From assembly GCF_963921235.1 (NCBI RefSeq), contig NC_086097.1:57724001-57788000 (forward strand): a DNA stretch of 64,000 nt, written 5' to 3'. This DNA is from Mobula hypostoma (lineage: Eukaryota). Below the pieces are notes generated by a model, which was not told where the DNA came from, searched no databases, and saw only the letters and a program-made list of their open reading frames with translations. Below are positions 12,101-22,702 of this stretch, one piece after another. The number at the start of each line of letters is the position of its first letter. Position 1 is the stretch's first letter. A program made the position numbers and the translations under genes.

Positions 12101-14451
12101 TATGGTCCACTCTCCTCTCCTAACAGGTTCTTTTTCTCCAGCCTACCTGGCCTCACCTATCACCTAGCTATCATGTTTCTCCCCCCTCCCCCCACCTTTT
12201 TATTCTGACATCTTTCCTTTTTCTTCTTAGTCCTGAAGAAGTATCTCTGCCCAATATGTCAACTGTTTATTCATTTCCTGACCTGCTGAGTTCCTCCAAC
12301 ATTTTGTGTGTGTGGTTCAACTATAATTTGATGGTTGCATATTATGCTGACTGACTTCAAACTTTATCAGGGAGCTAAGTGTTGAGGGACCTCTTAAAGC
12401 AAGGTATAGCAAATGAGATTCTGGTATTTCCAAATGTTATGGAAAACCAAATTTCCCTCGGGATTAATAAAGTATATCTATCTATCTATCAGGTGAAAGG
12501 CATGGCTATAAATACTACAAGACTGAAATACTGATGTAAATAAAGTGAGACCTTTTAATGGCTGTTTTTTTTATTTGCAGAGGATTTCATTGGCTGGAGA
12601 GATTATGGAGAGGAGCTTTTTGAGTGCCAATATACTGGTGTTGTTCGACGTTCATTCTCTGCACCCTATTCTAGTTCCCTTGATGTGGTTACTGATATTC
12701 ATCCCAAGTATCAATGTGACTTGGTTTCCAAAAACGGTAATGATGTGTATCGATATCCAAGCCCTCTACATGCAGTTGCCGTACAGAGTCCAATATTTTT
12801 TCTCCCTGCAACAGGGAGTGTTAAAGAGGAAGAGGAGAAACCTCAGTGTGGTGCAGGCACTTCATCAGTAGCATCAGAATGTGAACCCGTAAAAACCGAC
12901 TCTGCTGTTCCAGCCTCCCAGAACAGTTCTTGCCCAGTGGTTCACCCTTCAACAATGAAAAGACTGGATAATTATATACTTGGCCTTGTTCAGAAGAAAA
13001 TCCAACCTCTTAGACCAAATAAGCCAAGGACCAGCCTAAATACAGATCCGTTGAAGGGAATCTTGAGGCAAGGTAGTATCTGTGTCAAACAGACGATTGT
13101 ACCCAATAACTCTGATTTGAAAATGCCCAAAAATGTTCACACCCATCCTCCTGCAACTAATGGGTCTGACTGCAGTGTAGTGTCCCCACAAAGGCAATTT
13201 CCAGGCAATGAAAATAAACAGAGCCAGAAAAACATGCAAGAATCTAAAATAGAATCTATAAATACCCAAATAACTGTTGTTCAAACTACTGTTAATGAAT
13301 TTCAGCTGAGTAGCCTGCCTAAAAAAAAGGCCAATGTATTGACCAATGGGCTAACTAAATGTCCTGTGACTGTAGATTACCAAGAAGGGACTGGTGAATG
13401 TGGCTCTTGCACACCGAAAGATAATGCACATCAGCACTTCTCAGGACATGAAGACAAGGTCATGCAGCCTCTTAAGGTGGCGATTCCCAAAAGGCCGCAA
13501 AGACCACCAGTGGCTTCCTTTCCCGTGGAAGAAAGAGCACCACTAGATGCCAGGAGTGAAGCATCCTCTGTACAGAGTTTAGAAGATGATGGGCAATTAG
13601 TGAATAACCAATTCATTTCAGCTGAGCAACAAGTGATAAAATCTCACAAAGGTTCCAAAAATGTAAAGGTCAGCAAATTTAAGAGCTCCACATTGAAGTC
13701 CAGGCCCCACTGTGACAGAACTCTTCAATCAAATGTTCAGACCTTGAAACAAAAAACGAAAGTTACTCCAAAAAGATGTCACTTTTCTGATGACATTGAT
13801 CATGTGAAACGAAACGTGAGGAGGCCCACATCCAGAACAAAGAAGTCCTTCCATACCATATCTGAGAACAGCGTTCTTGGAAGACAGACTGGGACCAAAT
13901 CTACTAGGTGTAGTGGGCTTGGAAGGGAAGCTGTCCTGGTGAAGCCCAGGTACAAACAAAGGATTGATTACCGGAAATGGAGGTCCTCAGCTGAGGTTTC
14001 TCGTGAAGAAGCAATGAAACGCTTCAGAAGGCACAACAGAAAGGAGGTGCTCTGTCGTGTGCCTGGTGTGTACAGGCAGAACAATGGTGTTTATGCTCTA
14101 CGGGGAAGTGATTCGGAGTATTCTGCTGAGTGTGAGTCTTTGTTTCACTCCACTGTGGCAGACACTAGTGAGGACGAGCACAGCAATTACACCACCAATT
14201 GCTTTGGAGATAGTGAGTCCAGTTTGAGCGATGTCGATATCGTAGGAGAAACTACTTCATCCAGTGACTCAGATGAAAATGGTGCACTAGTCTGGTCACA
14301 ATTTACCCAGTCTCGGCCTGCACAAAAATCAGCTGCAGAGTTAAAGAAGTCTCCATCAAAGGCCTTTGTCAAAATCAAAGCATCGCACAATCTAAAGAAA
14401 AAGATTCTACGTTTCAGATCAGGTTCACTAAAATTAATGACAACTGTATAA
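2820..14451 (+). CDS. DACT1: Dapper homolog (Dishevelled-binding antagonist of beta-catenin), 4 coding exons, 833 aa; most likely DACT1
   Basis: Exons of 342+133+156+1871 nt sum to 2502 nt and splice in frame with GT-AG introns. Dapper motifs: [84 protein letters not shown], and C-terminal [18 protein letters not shown] (PDZ-binding; LMTTV is the DACT1-type ending). The in-frame ATG at 2850 is an alternative start. Confidence 0.92.
5038..5170 (+). CDS. DACT1: DACT1 coding exon 2 (coiled coil / leucine zipper)
   Basis: tttacag|AAC TGT TTG AGG... encodes [44 protein letters not shown]; donor CAG|gtcagt. Absent from the ORF track. Confidence 0.95.
5782..5876 (+). mobile_element. Short Penelope-derived element (degenerate hammerhead motif), DACT1 intron 2
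   Basis: ctggaagaagggtcttggcccaaaacgttgactg...cctgctgagttcctccagcattttgtgtg. Confidence 0.75.
6411..7312 (-). mobile_element. CR1/HER1-like LINE 3' fragment inserted into an older Rex-like LINE (~6300-6410 and ~7313-7822)
   Basis: ORFs 6483..6989 ([19 protein letters not shown]...[17 protein letters not shown]) and 7009..7221 ([14 protein letters not shown]). Confidence 0.9.
7880..8175 (-). mobile_element. tRNA-derived SINE (HE1/V-SINE-like)
   Basis: Pol III B box (reverse complement gggttcaattccc, ~8102-8114); central ggaatgtgggaggaaaccagagcacccagaggaaac motif shared with other copies. Confidence 0.75.
9162..9317 (+). CDS. DACT1: DACT1 coding exon 3 (serine-rich)
   Basis: ttttgacag|GT TTT TAC GAA... 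encodes [39 protein letters not shown]; donor CAG|gtaaga; phase 1-1. Confidence 0.95.
9783..10020. mobile_element. Possible Tigger/pogo-like DNA transposon end
   Basis: ta-ttgtggattccagttaattgggaca...cccaattaa resembles Tigger-type termini; second TIR not found. Confidence 0.35.
10495..11050 (-). mobile_element. Rex1/Babar-like LINE 3' fragment
   Basis: ORF 10706..10891 [30 protein letters not shown]...[15 protein letters not shown]. Confidence 0.85.
11878..12315. mobile_element. Fold-back Penelope-derived element in DACT1 intron 3
   Basis: Minus-strand tail 11878-12025, then plus-strand pyrimidine-rich PLE 3' region and tail 12030-12315 (agtcctgaagaag...cctgctgagttcctccaacattttgtgtg). Confidence 0.75.
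12581..14451 (+). CDS. DACT1: DACT1 terminal coding exon 4
   Basis: ttttttttatttgcag acceptor, in frame with ORF 12685..14451; ends LMTTV-TAA. Confidence 0.95.
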
Positions 14452-14668
14452 GGGAATCTGACATTTATATTGAACTCCATGTGACGGGGCAGGATCTTAC
14501 TTTGAATTGTACACTTATGGATTTAAAGAACCATTTCTCAGAACTAAGCATGTAGGTTTTAAACTATCAGTATTCTGTGCATGATATTATTGTTCAATAT
14601 TGGCTCTAAATTGTACACTGCTGTTTGTATATAGTACCTGTACATTAATACAAGTTGTTTCATGCTTT

Positions 14669-14674
14669 AATAAA
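14669..14674 (+). terminator. Candidate polyadenylation signal of DACT1
   Basis: AATAAA ~220 nt after the stop codon, with several upstream TGTA motifs and a T/GT-rich downstream tract. Confidence 0.6.
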
Positions 14675-15684
14675 TTGTTTTATCTTGAATCTTTAACTGT
14701 TTTGAAATTTGCTTCACTTTGTTCTTTTACATTGTGCAATATAGGTCTTCCCCAGGTTACAGTAGGATATTTTTTCCCTGAGAACTGTTCATAACCTGGA
14801 CTGTTTGCAAGTTAGAAAAGAGGTTACAAAGTGAGTTTCCACACTGCAAAAGATGCCTGCAGCTCTAATGTCAGCTTTTATGTAAATACCTTACTTAAAA
14901 TGGGTTTACGTGAATGGGGGAAGACCTGTAATATGAGATGGCTGGTTTTAATTAAAATGCATCCTTACACTTTAAGTATTGTTTGAGGAAAAACAGTTTA
15001 TGTAAAAGGGTAGAAAAGATGACCAAAATTTGTCTCTGCTGCCAATGCAACATTCCTGAGATTGAAGCAATCAGTGAGTAAGTAATTAAAAGAGCTATAG
15101 AACAAAACTGGGGAATCTAAATGTCAATGTTTACACATGCCAGCTTGGCTCACCCTGCTGTTCTGACAATGAACCGTAGAATATTTCAGTGTTGGATAGA
15201 AGTACCTACATTCAGGAGGGGCATACACACCGGTTTGCTGCATTTAGTTTGCATGCCTGATCTTTCATTACATTATATAACTTAGTCATTTTCTGTAAGG
15301 TTGTGTTTCATTTGTGTGTTCTAAATTGCCTTTGGTATTTGCACCATAACTGTGGTGTTGTATTAATGGCTTTAGCTGGGCTGATGCATCAGAGAAACTT
15401 AACCTGTTGGCAAATAGTTTTAAAACTCCAGTGTGCTAGGATACACTTGGATCCCCCCTTCTGATCAGTGTTTTTTTCTCCCCCTTCTGATTGTGAAGCT
15501 GGTTTGAGGAAACTAAGCTTGGCCAACTTTTATTTATTAAGCTGGAATGAAGAAGTATTTTCAAGAGGTGAGGGGAAACATCTGGACACTTTAAGAATTT
15601 GATTCAATTCCTTTTTAATTTGATTTAGTGAAATATTTTACGGGTGTATTTAAAAAAAATCTTCTGGAGGTACCGTGCTTATTT

Positions 15685-15860
15685 TTTTAATTACGTAGAG
15701 AAGACAATAGGAACAGTCCTTCCAGCCCAATGAGACAACAACACCCAATTACATTTTCTGACCAATTAACCTACTAACCCACACGTGGGAGGAAAGCAGA
15801 GAACTCAGACTAGCAGAATTGAGCCCGGATTACATTAACTGCTGCACTACCATACTGCCC
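15685..15860 (-). mobile_element. tRNA-derived SINE relic
   Basis: ccaattaacctactaaccc...gggaggaaagcagag...gaattgagccc; same family as 27160-27405. Confidence 0.6.
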
Positions 15861-16989
15861 AACAAACTCTCTCATTAACACGGGAATAGAGAAAGTCATA
15901 TAATCCCACGAGTCTGTTCTGTCATTTAAATAAAATTGTTCTGTCTCATCTTCACGTTTCTGTGCTTTTCCCATGTTCCCTGTTGCTCTGTCAATCACAT
16001 TGGTTATTTTTTTTCTGCCTGTCTTTAGAGAGAACTATAATTTTTATCATTGGATTACTTATATGTGTTCTGATTCCATTTGCTTTATATTAAATACGTA
16101 CTAATACTAGCAATTATCACCTTAATCACATGTAATATTGCAAAGGGGCTGGATTATCCTCTTTAGTCCTGTCCTGAAATAAAATTGAACAATAGGAGAG
16201 AATAAGTCAAAATGGGGATAGTGAAACTAATGCAACACACAGCATCTGCATCTGCAGAATTCCTGTTATATAGTGAAACTAATTCTACTTTACTACTTCT
16301 GCTTCCCTTTCCTCTGTTCCTGCCAAGGTTTCTGCTGGTAATGTTTTCACCTTGGGACAAGTGCAATTACAGGCAGGGAGACATGGAAAATAGAGGGAGC
16401 AGGTTGGAGCAGAACCTAAGCATGGTTACACCCACTCACCCTTGATTATTTACCTCCAGTATTCTTGTTGCCACCGATTTTTTTTTTAGCTATCAATAGT
16501 AAGTGGCAGAATCTTTTAAGTAGTTCCTGTAATGGACCAAATCTGTACTTGCACCTTGATCTGACTCCTCTCTTGTGTCCTTATCCTTGAGAACCAGACT
16601 CTGCTCATTAAAACAACCACCCAACATTTCTTCCTTCAAACCAGCTGCAATCACAAATAGTTCCACCACCTTTGGATCTACTGTCATCACTGTTATACCG
16701 CAGATAACAGGTGGGAATTGGGAATGTAAGAAAGCACACACATTTTATGACAACCTTAATTCCAAAAATACCATACGTTATCTGGTTGAAATATTTTGCT
16801 ATCTAGACATTTTTAATAAAGCACAGAATAATTTTATATTGTTGAAGATAAATTCAAATACTTAGTCTATTCTATTCACTGACGCCACCCTTATCCTTGG
16901 TAATTATCTGGACTTTAATAAGAACATGCAGAGCCTGTGTTTTGTTTCTGAAATAATGTCATTGGTTAAGCTCTCCTTTACAACATTAT

Positions 16990-17154
16990 GAAGATGAGAT
17001 TCTGTAGATGGTGGAAATCCAGAGCAACACACACAAAATGCTGGAGGAACTCAGCAGTTCTGATGTGGTGTTTCAGCCCAAAATGTTGATTGTTTATTCC
17101 CATCCAGAGACGCTGCCTGACCTGCTGAGCTCCTCCAGCATTTCATGTTGTGGC
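16990..17154. mobile_element. 165-bp fold-back Penelope-derived element with 15-bp TSD
   Basis: Inverted arms atgctggaggaactcagcag / ctgctgagctcctccagcat; flanked by cctttacaacattat (16975-16989) and cctttataacattat (17155-17169). Confidence 0.8.
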
Positions 17155-17963
17155 CCTTTATAACATTATCTGGTTGTGTTCCTATCTCAGCTGATTTGCA
17201 GTTGAATTCATCACCTTTGTTACCTTTTGATTAAATTATACAAAGCACTCCTGGGTCACCTCCTTTCTACTTTCCGGAATTGTAAGACCATTCAAAAAAT
17301 GCTTCCTGAGTCCTTGCCTCAAATTCCAATCATCCATTGTACTAGAGCTAGATGATACATTACCAAATGTTACCATACACTATGATTTAAATGTCAATTT
17401 TAAATCTTCAACTTAAGTAGATCTTCCATTGCCTTTTTCTCCATTTCTCTATAATATCCAACTCTGTAACACTCTTAAAAATACTCTGCAATTCCAGTCC
17501 CTTGAAAATTACTGCTTTAGTCCTCCATTAGTCACTAGACCTTCAAATACCTACGCTGAGTTAACAGTATAAGCTTCCCTGGATCTGTACCTCTTTATTC
17601 ATCCTTTAGGATTTTCCTTAGAATTCGATGTTGGTCATGAGTCTCAATATCACTAATGTGGCACCATAGGTTTTGTTCTTTTATAATGTTCTTGTAAATT
17701 ATCTTAATTTTTTTGCAGTTTGAAGGTACTACACAAAGGAAGATGTTATCCTTCGGTTTGTTTTCTACACTTTACGGCTGATAAATATTTCGAAACATTT
17801 TTATTAGGTGATTGGGCCAGTTGTGAAAGTATAATAATGATTAGATAACATACTCATTTTTTTATTCCAGTAAGGAATTAAAATCCAAGGGAACCTGTGG
17901 CCATAGTCTAATCAATTTGGCCTATTGTATTTGCTAGGTTTAAAAAGTCGTGATTAAAAATGA

Positions 17964-18815
17964 ACAACACACATCAAAGTTGCTGGTGAACGCAGCAGGC
18001 CAGGCAGCATCTCTAGGAAGAGGTACAGTTGACGTTTCAGGCCGAGACCCTTCGTCAGGACTAACTGAAAGAAGAGCTAGTAAGAGATTTGAAAGTTGGA
18101 GGGGGAGGGGGAGATCCAAAATGATAGGAGAAGACAGGAGGGGGAGGGATGGAGCCAAGAGCTGGACTGTTGATTCACAAAAGGGATATGAGAGGATCAT
18201 GGGACAGGAGGCCTAGGGGAAAGAAAAGTGGAGGGGGGGGGAGGAACCCAGAGGATGAGCAAGTGGTATAGTGAGAGGGACAGAGAAAGAAAAAGGAGAG
18301 AGAGAAAAAGAATGTGTGTATATAAATAAATAACGGATGGGGTACGAGGGGGAGGTGGGGCATTAGCGGAAGTTAGAGAAGTCAATGTTCATGCCATCAG
18401 GTTGGAGGCTACCCAGATGGAATATAAGGTGTTGTTCCTCCAACCTGAGTGTGGCTTCATCTTTACAGTAGAGGAGGCTGTGGATAGACATATCAGAATG
18501 GGAATGGGACGTGGAACTAAAATGTGTGGCCACTGGGAGATCCTGCTTTCTCTGGTGGACAGAGCGTAGGTGTTCAGCAAAGTGGTCTCCCAGTCTGTGT
18601 CGGGTCTCGCCAATATATAGAAGGCCACATCGGGAGCACCGGACGCAGTATATCACCCCAGCCGACTCACAGGTGAAGTGTCGCCTCACCTGGAAGGACT
18701 GTCTGGGGCCCTGAATGGTGGTGAGGGAGGAAGTGTAAGGGCATGTGTAGCACTTGTTCCGCTTACACGGATAAGTGCCAGGAGGGAGATCCGTGGGGAG
18801 GGATGGGGGAAACTC
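17964..18815 (-). mobile_element. 5'-truncated Penelope-like element: GIY-YIG endonuclease, 3' region and hammerhead motif
   Basis: ORF 18363..18689 VIYCVRCSRCGLLYIGET..RL..HFAEH..VATHF..LRLEEQHLIF.LGSLQP.GMN; perfect 11-bp TSD attaaaaatga (17953-17963, 18816-18826). Confidence 0.92.
18026..18063 (-). ncRNA. Minimal type-I hammerhead ribozyme motif
   Basis: Minus strand uaguc-CUGACGA-a-gggu(cucg)gccu-GAAA-cg-UC-aacug. Core intact, stem II present, palindromic ACGU stem III. Stem I has one mismatch next to the core (aacug versus gacug in other copies). Confidence 0.7.
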
Positions 18816-19394
18816 ATTAAAAATGAGTTTGTTCCGAAGGGAACTACCAGTGTGGAGCTGCTCCTAGTAGAGTAAGCCCCAGACTTGTGCATTTGTTTCT
18901 CCACTTGGTCATTAGACTTCAAGAGGAGTACGGAGCTGGGATTTGTTGTTGTTGACATTCCTGCCCAGCCTAAATGGGAAAAGGTCAGCAGAAGTAATTT
19001 AACTTTATTAATGTTTCTTTAGTGTTAAAAATGCTTGTTTCTGTTTGCCTTTATCTATTGTTTTTTTTAAAGCAATCATCGTGATAGTTAAATATCTGAA
19101 TACTAGAGATGCTTAAAGCTGTAGGAAATACATTCAGATGTGACATTTTTGTTTTTTTGTCAAAGGATGTCTAGCATACAGGGGTTGGGTCCTCTGCCTG
19201 TCTGAGGTGCAGGCACCAGTGAGGCTTCACTGGACTGTCTCCAGGGGCTAGAGGATTAGCTTATATTTGTGCTTAAAATCCTGCCTAAGTAATGCAAGGA
19301 AGGTAACCATAAGCCAAAATCAAACTGTTGCCTAATGAGTGCTGGTATGTTGTTTGTTAATAGGCAACTCTGCCAAACCTAATTGTGTCTTTGT

Positions 19395-19620
19395 GTTTTG
19401 TGCATTCAGTCCGTTGAATCTATCCTGGCTTTCACAGCCTTCCCATTTCCCTATTTATTTCCCATTTCCCTTTCTCTCTCACATGCTCGTCAGATCCCTC
19501 TGAATTTTCCTGCTATCCACCTACACAAAGAGCAACTTACAGTGGCCAATTCACTTACCAAGTGGCAATGCTTTGGGATGTAGGAGGAAAGCAGTGAATC
19601 CGATGAAGCCTATGTGGCTG
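19395..19620 (-). mobile_element. Degenerate SINE
   Basis: caacttacagtggccaattcacttacc...tttgggatgtaggaggaaagcag resembles the central SINE motif seen elsewhere in the window. Confidence 0.5.
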
Positions 19621-19944
19621 TGTAAGGAAATGTAGTGGGAACTTGCAGGTTGTAGTGTTCTTGTATAGTTGCTGCCTTTGTCCTTTTTCATGTTAGAGGT
19701 CATGGGTTTGTAGGGTACTGTTGGACTAAGTGCATTTTATGAAAGATGCGCGCACAGTCACTATACTCCTACGGTAGTAGGGGTGAGTGTTTGTGATGGA
19801 TGGGGTACTAATGAAGCGAATTGTTTTGCTGATCATTGAGAATTGTTAGTAATCATCCAGGGAGGTGAGATAGTAGACATGACTCCAGACTTGTGCTTTG
19901 CAGGAAATGGAAATCCCTTGAGGTGTCAGAAAGTGAGTCAGTAC

Positions 19945-20063
19945 ATAAAACCATAAAATCATAAGACATAAGAGCAGAATTAGGCCACTCAACCCATCAA
20001 TTCTGCTCTGCCATTCCATCATGTTTAATTCATTATCCCTCTCAACCCTATTCTCCTACCTTC
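19945..20063 (-). mobile_element. CR1-like LINE 3' end
   Basis: cataagacataagagcagaattaggccact... matches the 3' end at 51411. Confidence 0.7.
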
Positions 20064-21166
20064 AGAATCAGAATCAGGTTTAATATCGCTGGCACGTGTT
20101 GTGAGATTTGTTTATTTTGCAGTACAATGCAATATATGATAAAATAGGGAAATAAATAAATAAATTGCAGTAAGTATATATGTATATTAAACAGTTAAAT
20201 TAAAAATAGTACAAAAACAGAAATCATAGCAGTGAGGTAGTATTCAAGTGTTCAATTTCCATTTAGGAATCGGATGGCAGAGGGGAAGAAGCTGTTCCTG
20301 AATCTCTGAGTGTGTGCCTTCAGGCTTCTGTACCTCCTACCTGGTAGTAACAATGAGAAGAGGGCATGTCTTGGGTGATGGGGGTCCTTAATAATGGATG
20401 CTGTCTTTCTGAGACACTGCTCCTTGGATACTACAGAGTCTAGTACCAAAAACTGGAGCTGACTATTTTACAACTTTCTGTAGCTTCTTTCGATCCTGTG
20501 AAATAGCCATCTTCCCTCCCACCCCCATACCAGACAGTGATGCAGTCTGTCAGAATGCTCTCCATGGTACATCTGTAGAAGTTTTCAAGTGTTTTAGGTG
20601 ACAAACCAAATCTCCTCAAACTCCTACTGAAATATAGCCACTGTCTTGCCTTCTCTATAGCTGCATTGATATGTTGGGACCAGGTTATATCCTCAGAGAT
20701 CTTGACACCCAGGAACATGAAATTGCTCACTTTCTCCGCTTCTGATCCCTCTATGAGGATTGGTTTGTGATCCCTTGTCCTACCCTCTCTGAAGTCCACA
20801 ATCAGCTCTTTGGTCTTACTGACATTGAGTGCAAGGTTGTTGCTGCGATACCACTCAAGTAGCTGGTTTATCTTGCTCCTGTACGCCCTCTCCTCTCCAT
20901 CTGAGATTCTGCCAGCAATGGTTGTATCATCAGCAAGTTTATAGATGGCATTTAACCTACTACACTGTCATGGGTATAGAGAGCATAGAGCATTGGGCTA
21001 AGCACACATCCCTGAGGTGCACCAGTATTGATCGTCAGTGAGGAAGAATTATTAATACCAATCTGCACAGATTGTAGTCTTCTGGTTAGGAAGTCGAGGA
21101 TCCAATTGCAGAAGGAGGTACAGAGACCCAGGCTCCGTAACTTATCGATCAGGACTGTAGGAATGA
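20064..21166 (-). mobile_element. Rex1/Babar-like LINE (RT C-terminus and 3'UTR)
   Basis: ORFs 20252..20449, 20440..20799, 20952..21332 (TGAPQGCVLSPMLYALYTHD); (agaatc)n tail. Confidence 0.9.
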
Positions 21167-21482
21167 TAGGCGGGGTGCGGTCAGGTAGTGTTGAGGAAAC
21201 AAAGAGTCTGCAGAAGTATTTAGAGAGATTGGGAGAATGAGCAAAGAAGTGGCAAATACTGTAGATATAGCATATAGAAGTATATGGCCAGGCACTTTGA
21301 CAGAAGGAATAAAGGTGTAGACTATTTTCCAAATGGGGAGAAAATTCAATAATCAGAGCTTGGAAGTCCTTGTGCGGGATTCCCTAAAGGTTAACTTGCA
21401 GGTTGAGTTCATACTAGGGAAGGCAAATGCAATGTTAGCATTCATTTTGAGAGGGTTAGAATATAAGGGCAAGGATGTAATG
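21167..21482 (+). mobile_element. CR1-like RT fragment
   Basis: Translates to ..VEETKSLQKYLERLGEW.. and KANAMLAFILRGLEYKGKDVM. Confidence 0.75.
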
Positions 21483-21590
21483 CCTTTGTTATTCCCTTTA
21501 CTCTACTGTAATACTGATACATCTTCTTTTCAAATTGCAGAGTGCATTCTATAATATTATGATCACTGGCTCCCAAGAGTTCCTTACCTT

Positions 21591-22697
21591 TGTCACAGTC
21601 CGGTCTGTGAAGTCCGCATTCCAGTTCACGGTCCGGTCCATCGATCCTTATTCCAGGTTTTCTGGTTTTCCCTTGTCCTGTTGTGTGCCTTGATTGAGGT
21701 ACATGATTCTCATTTTGGGCTGGCTACATAAACAGTTCCTAGGTTCAGCTTCAGTTGCTGGACTGTTCCGTCCCCTTCCCCTTCCTTCTGAAGCCTCGCC
21801 TGCTACCTTCGCCTGAAGCCTCGCCTGTTACCTTTACCTGAAGCCTCGCCTGTTACCCTCACCTGAAGCTTCGCCCGCTACCTTCGCCTGAAGCCTCGTC
21901 TGCTACCTTCACCTGTGTCCTCGCCTGTAACACCGTCAGATTCAACCGCCAGGGCAAGATTGGGGCCTTGCTGTGTCTAGATAAGGAACTGTCTTTCGTT
22001 GTTTGGAACTGTCTCTTTGTGTCCTCGCCTTCGCTAGGTATGTCCGGCTGTTTGCTGCTACCTTGAGTTGGAACTGTCTCTGTGTCCACGCCTTTGCTAG
22101 GTAGGTCCGGCCGTTTGCCGCTACCTTGTGTGGAGATCTGTCTCTCAGTGTTCTGTGTATGAGTCCCGGCCCTACGTCCTGCTCCCTAGGAGGGGTCCTG
22201 ACCCTGTTGAGCCCCGTCCCCAAGTCCTGTTCCCAAGGAGGGGTCCCGGCTCTGTGTTCCATGTTCCTGTTCTCCCTAGACCAAGGCTCTGCGTTCCTGT
22301 TTACTTTTGACCCAAGTCAAGGCTTCGTGTTCTTGTCCTGTCCATGTACCTCGATCAGTCCTGTGCTGGGGTTCCCTCATCCTGTCCAGGAGTCTCACGT
22401 CCAGTCCTGTTGCCACACCACGTCTTGTCCTCGCCTGGATCTGGAGTCCAAGCCCGAGTCAAGACCCAGGTTCTGGGTCCCTGTCCAGTCTCTGGCTCAG
22501 AGTCCTTGTCCAGGTTCTTCTTTCCAAGCCTAGTCCTAGCCCAGGCCCTGTATCCTAGTCTCCTCCAGGGCCTGCGTCTTGTCCAGCGTCATTTCTTCCT
22601 TGCTTCCCTTGCTTTCCTGACACTCCTAGTCCCGTTCCTAGTACTTCAGTGTCTGTGTCTTGCATTTGGGTCTGCTCCCAGCGCCCCTGTTATGACA
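21591..22697 (+). mobile_element. Solo LTR (Gypsy-like) with internal tandem repeats
   Basis: TGTCA...TGACA termini; perfect 5-bp TSD acctt (21586-21590, 22698-22702); ~5 copies of a 25-bp unit ctgaagcctcgcctgctaccttcgc at ~21789-21915; homologous to 40474-42027. Confidence 0.85.
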
Positions 22698-22702
22698 ACC
22701 TT

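Noticed and set aside
13036..14480. Antisense ORFs over DACT1 exon 4
   Set aside because: Shadow frames of the real coding exon.
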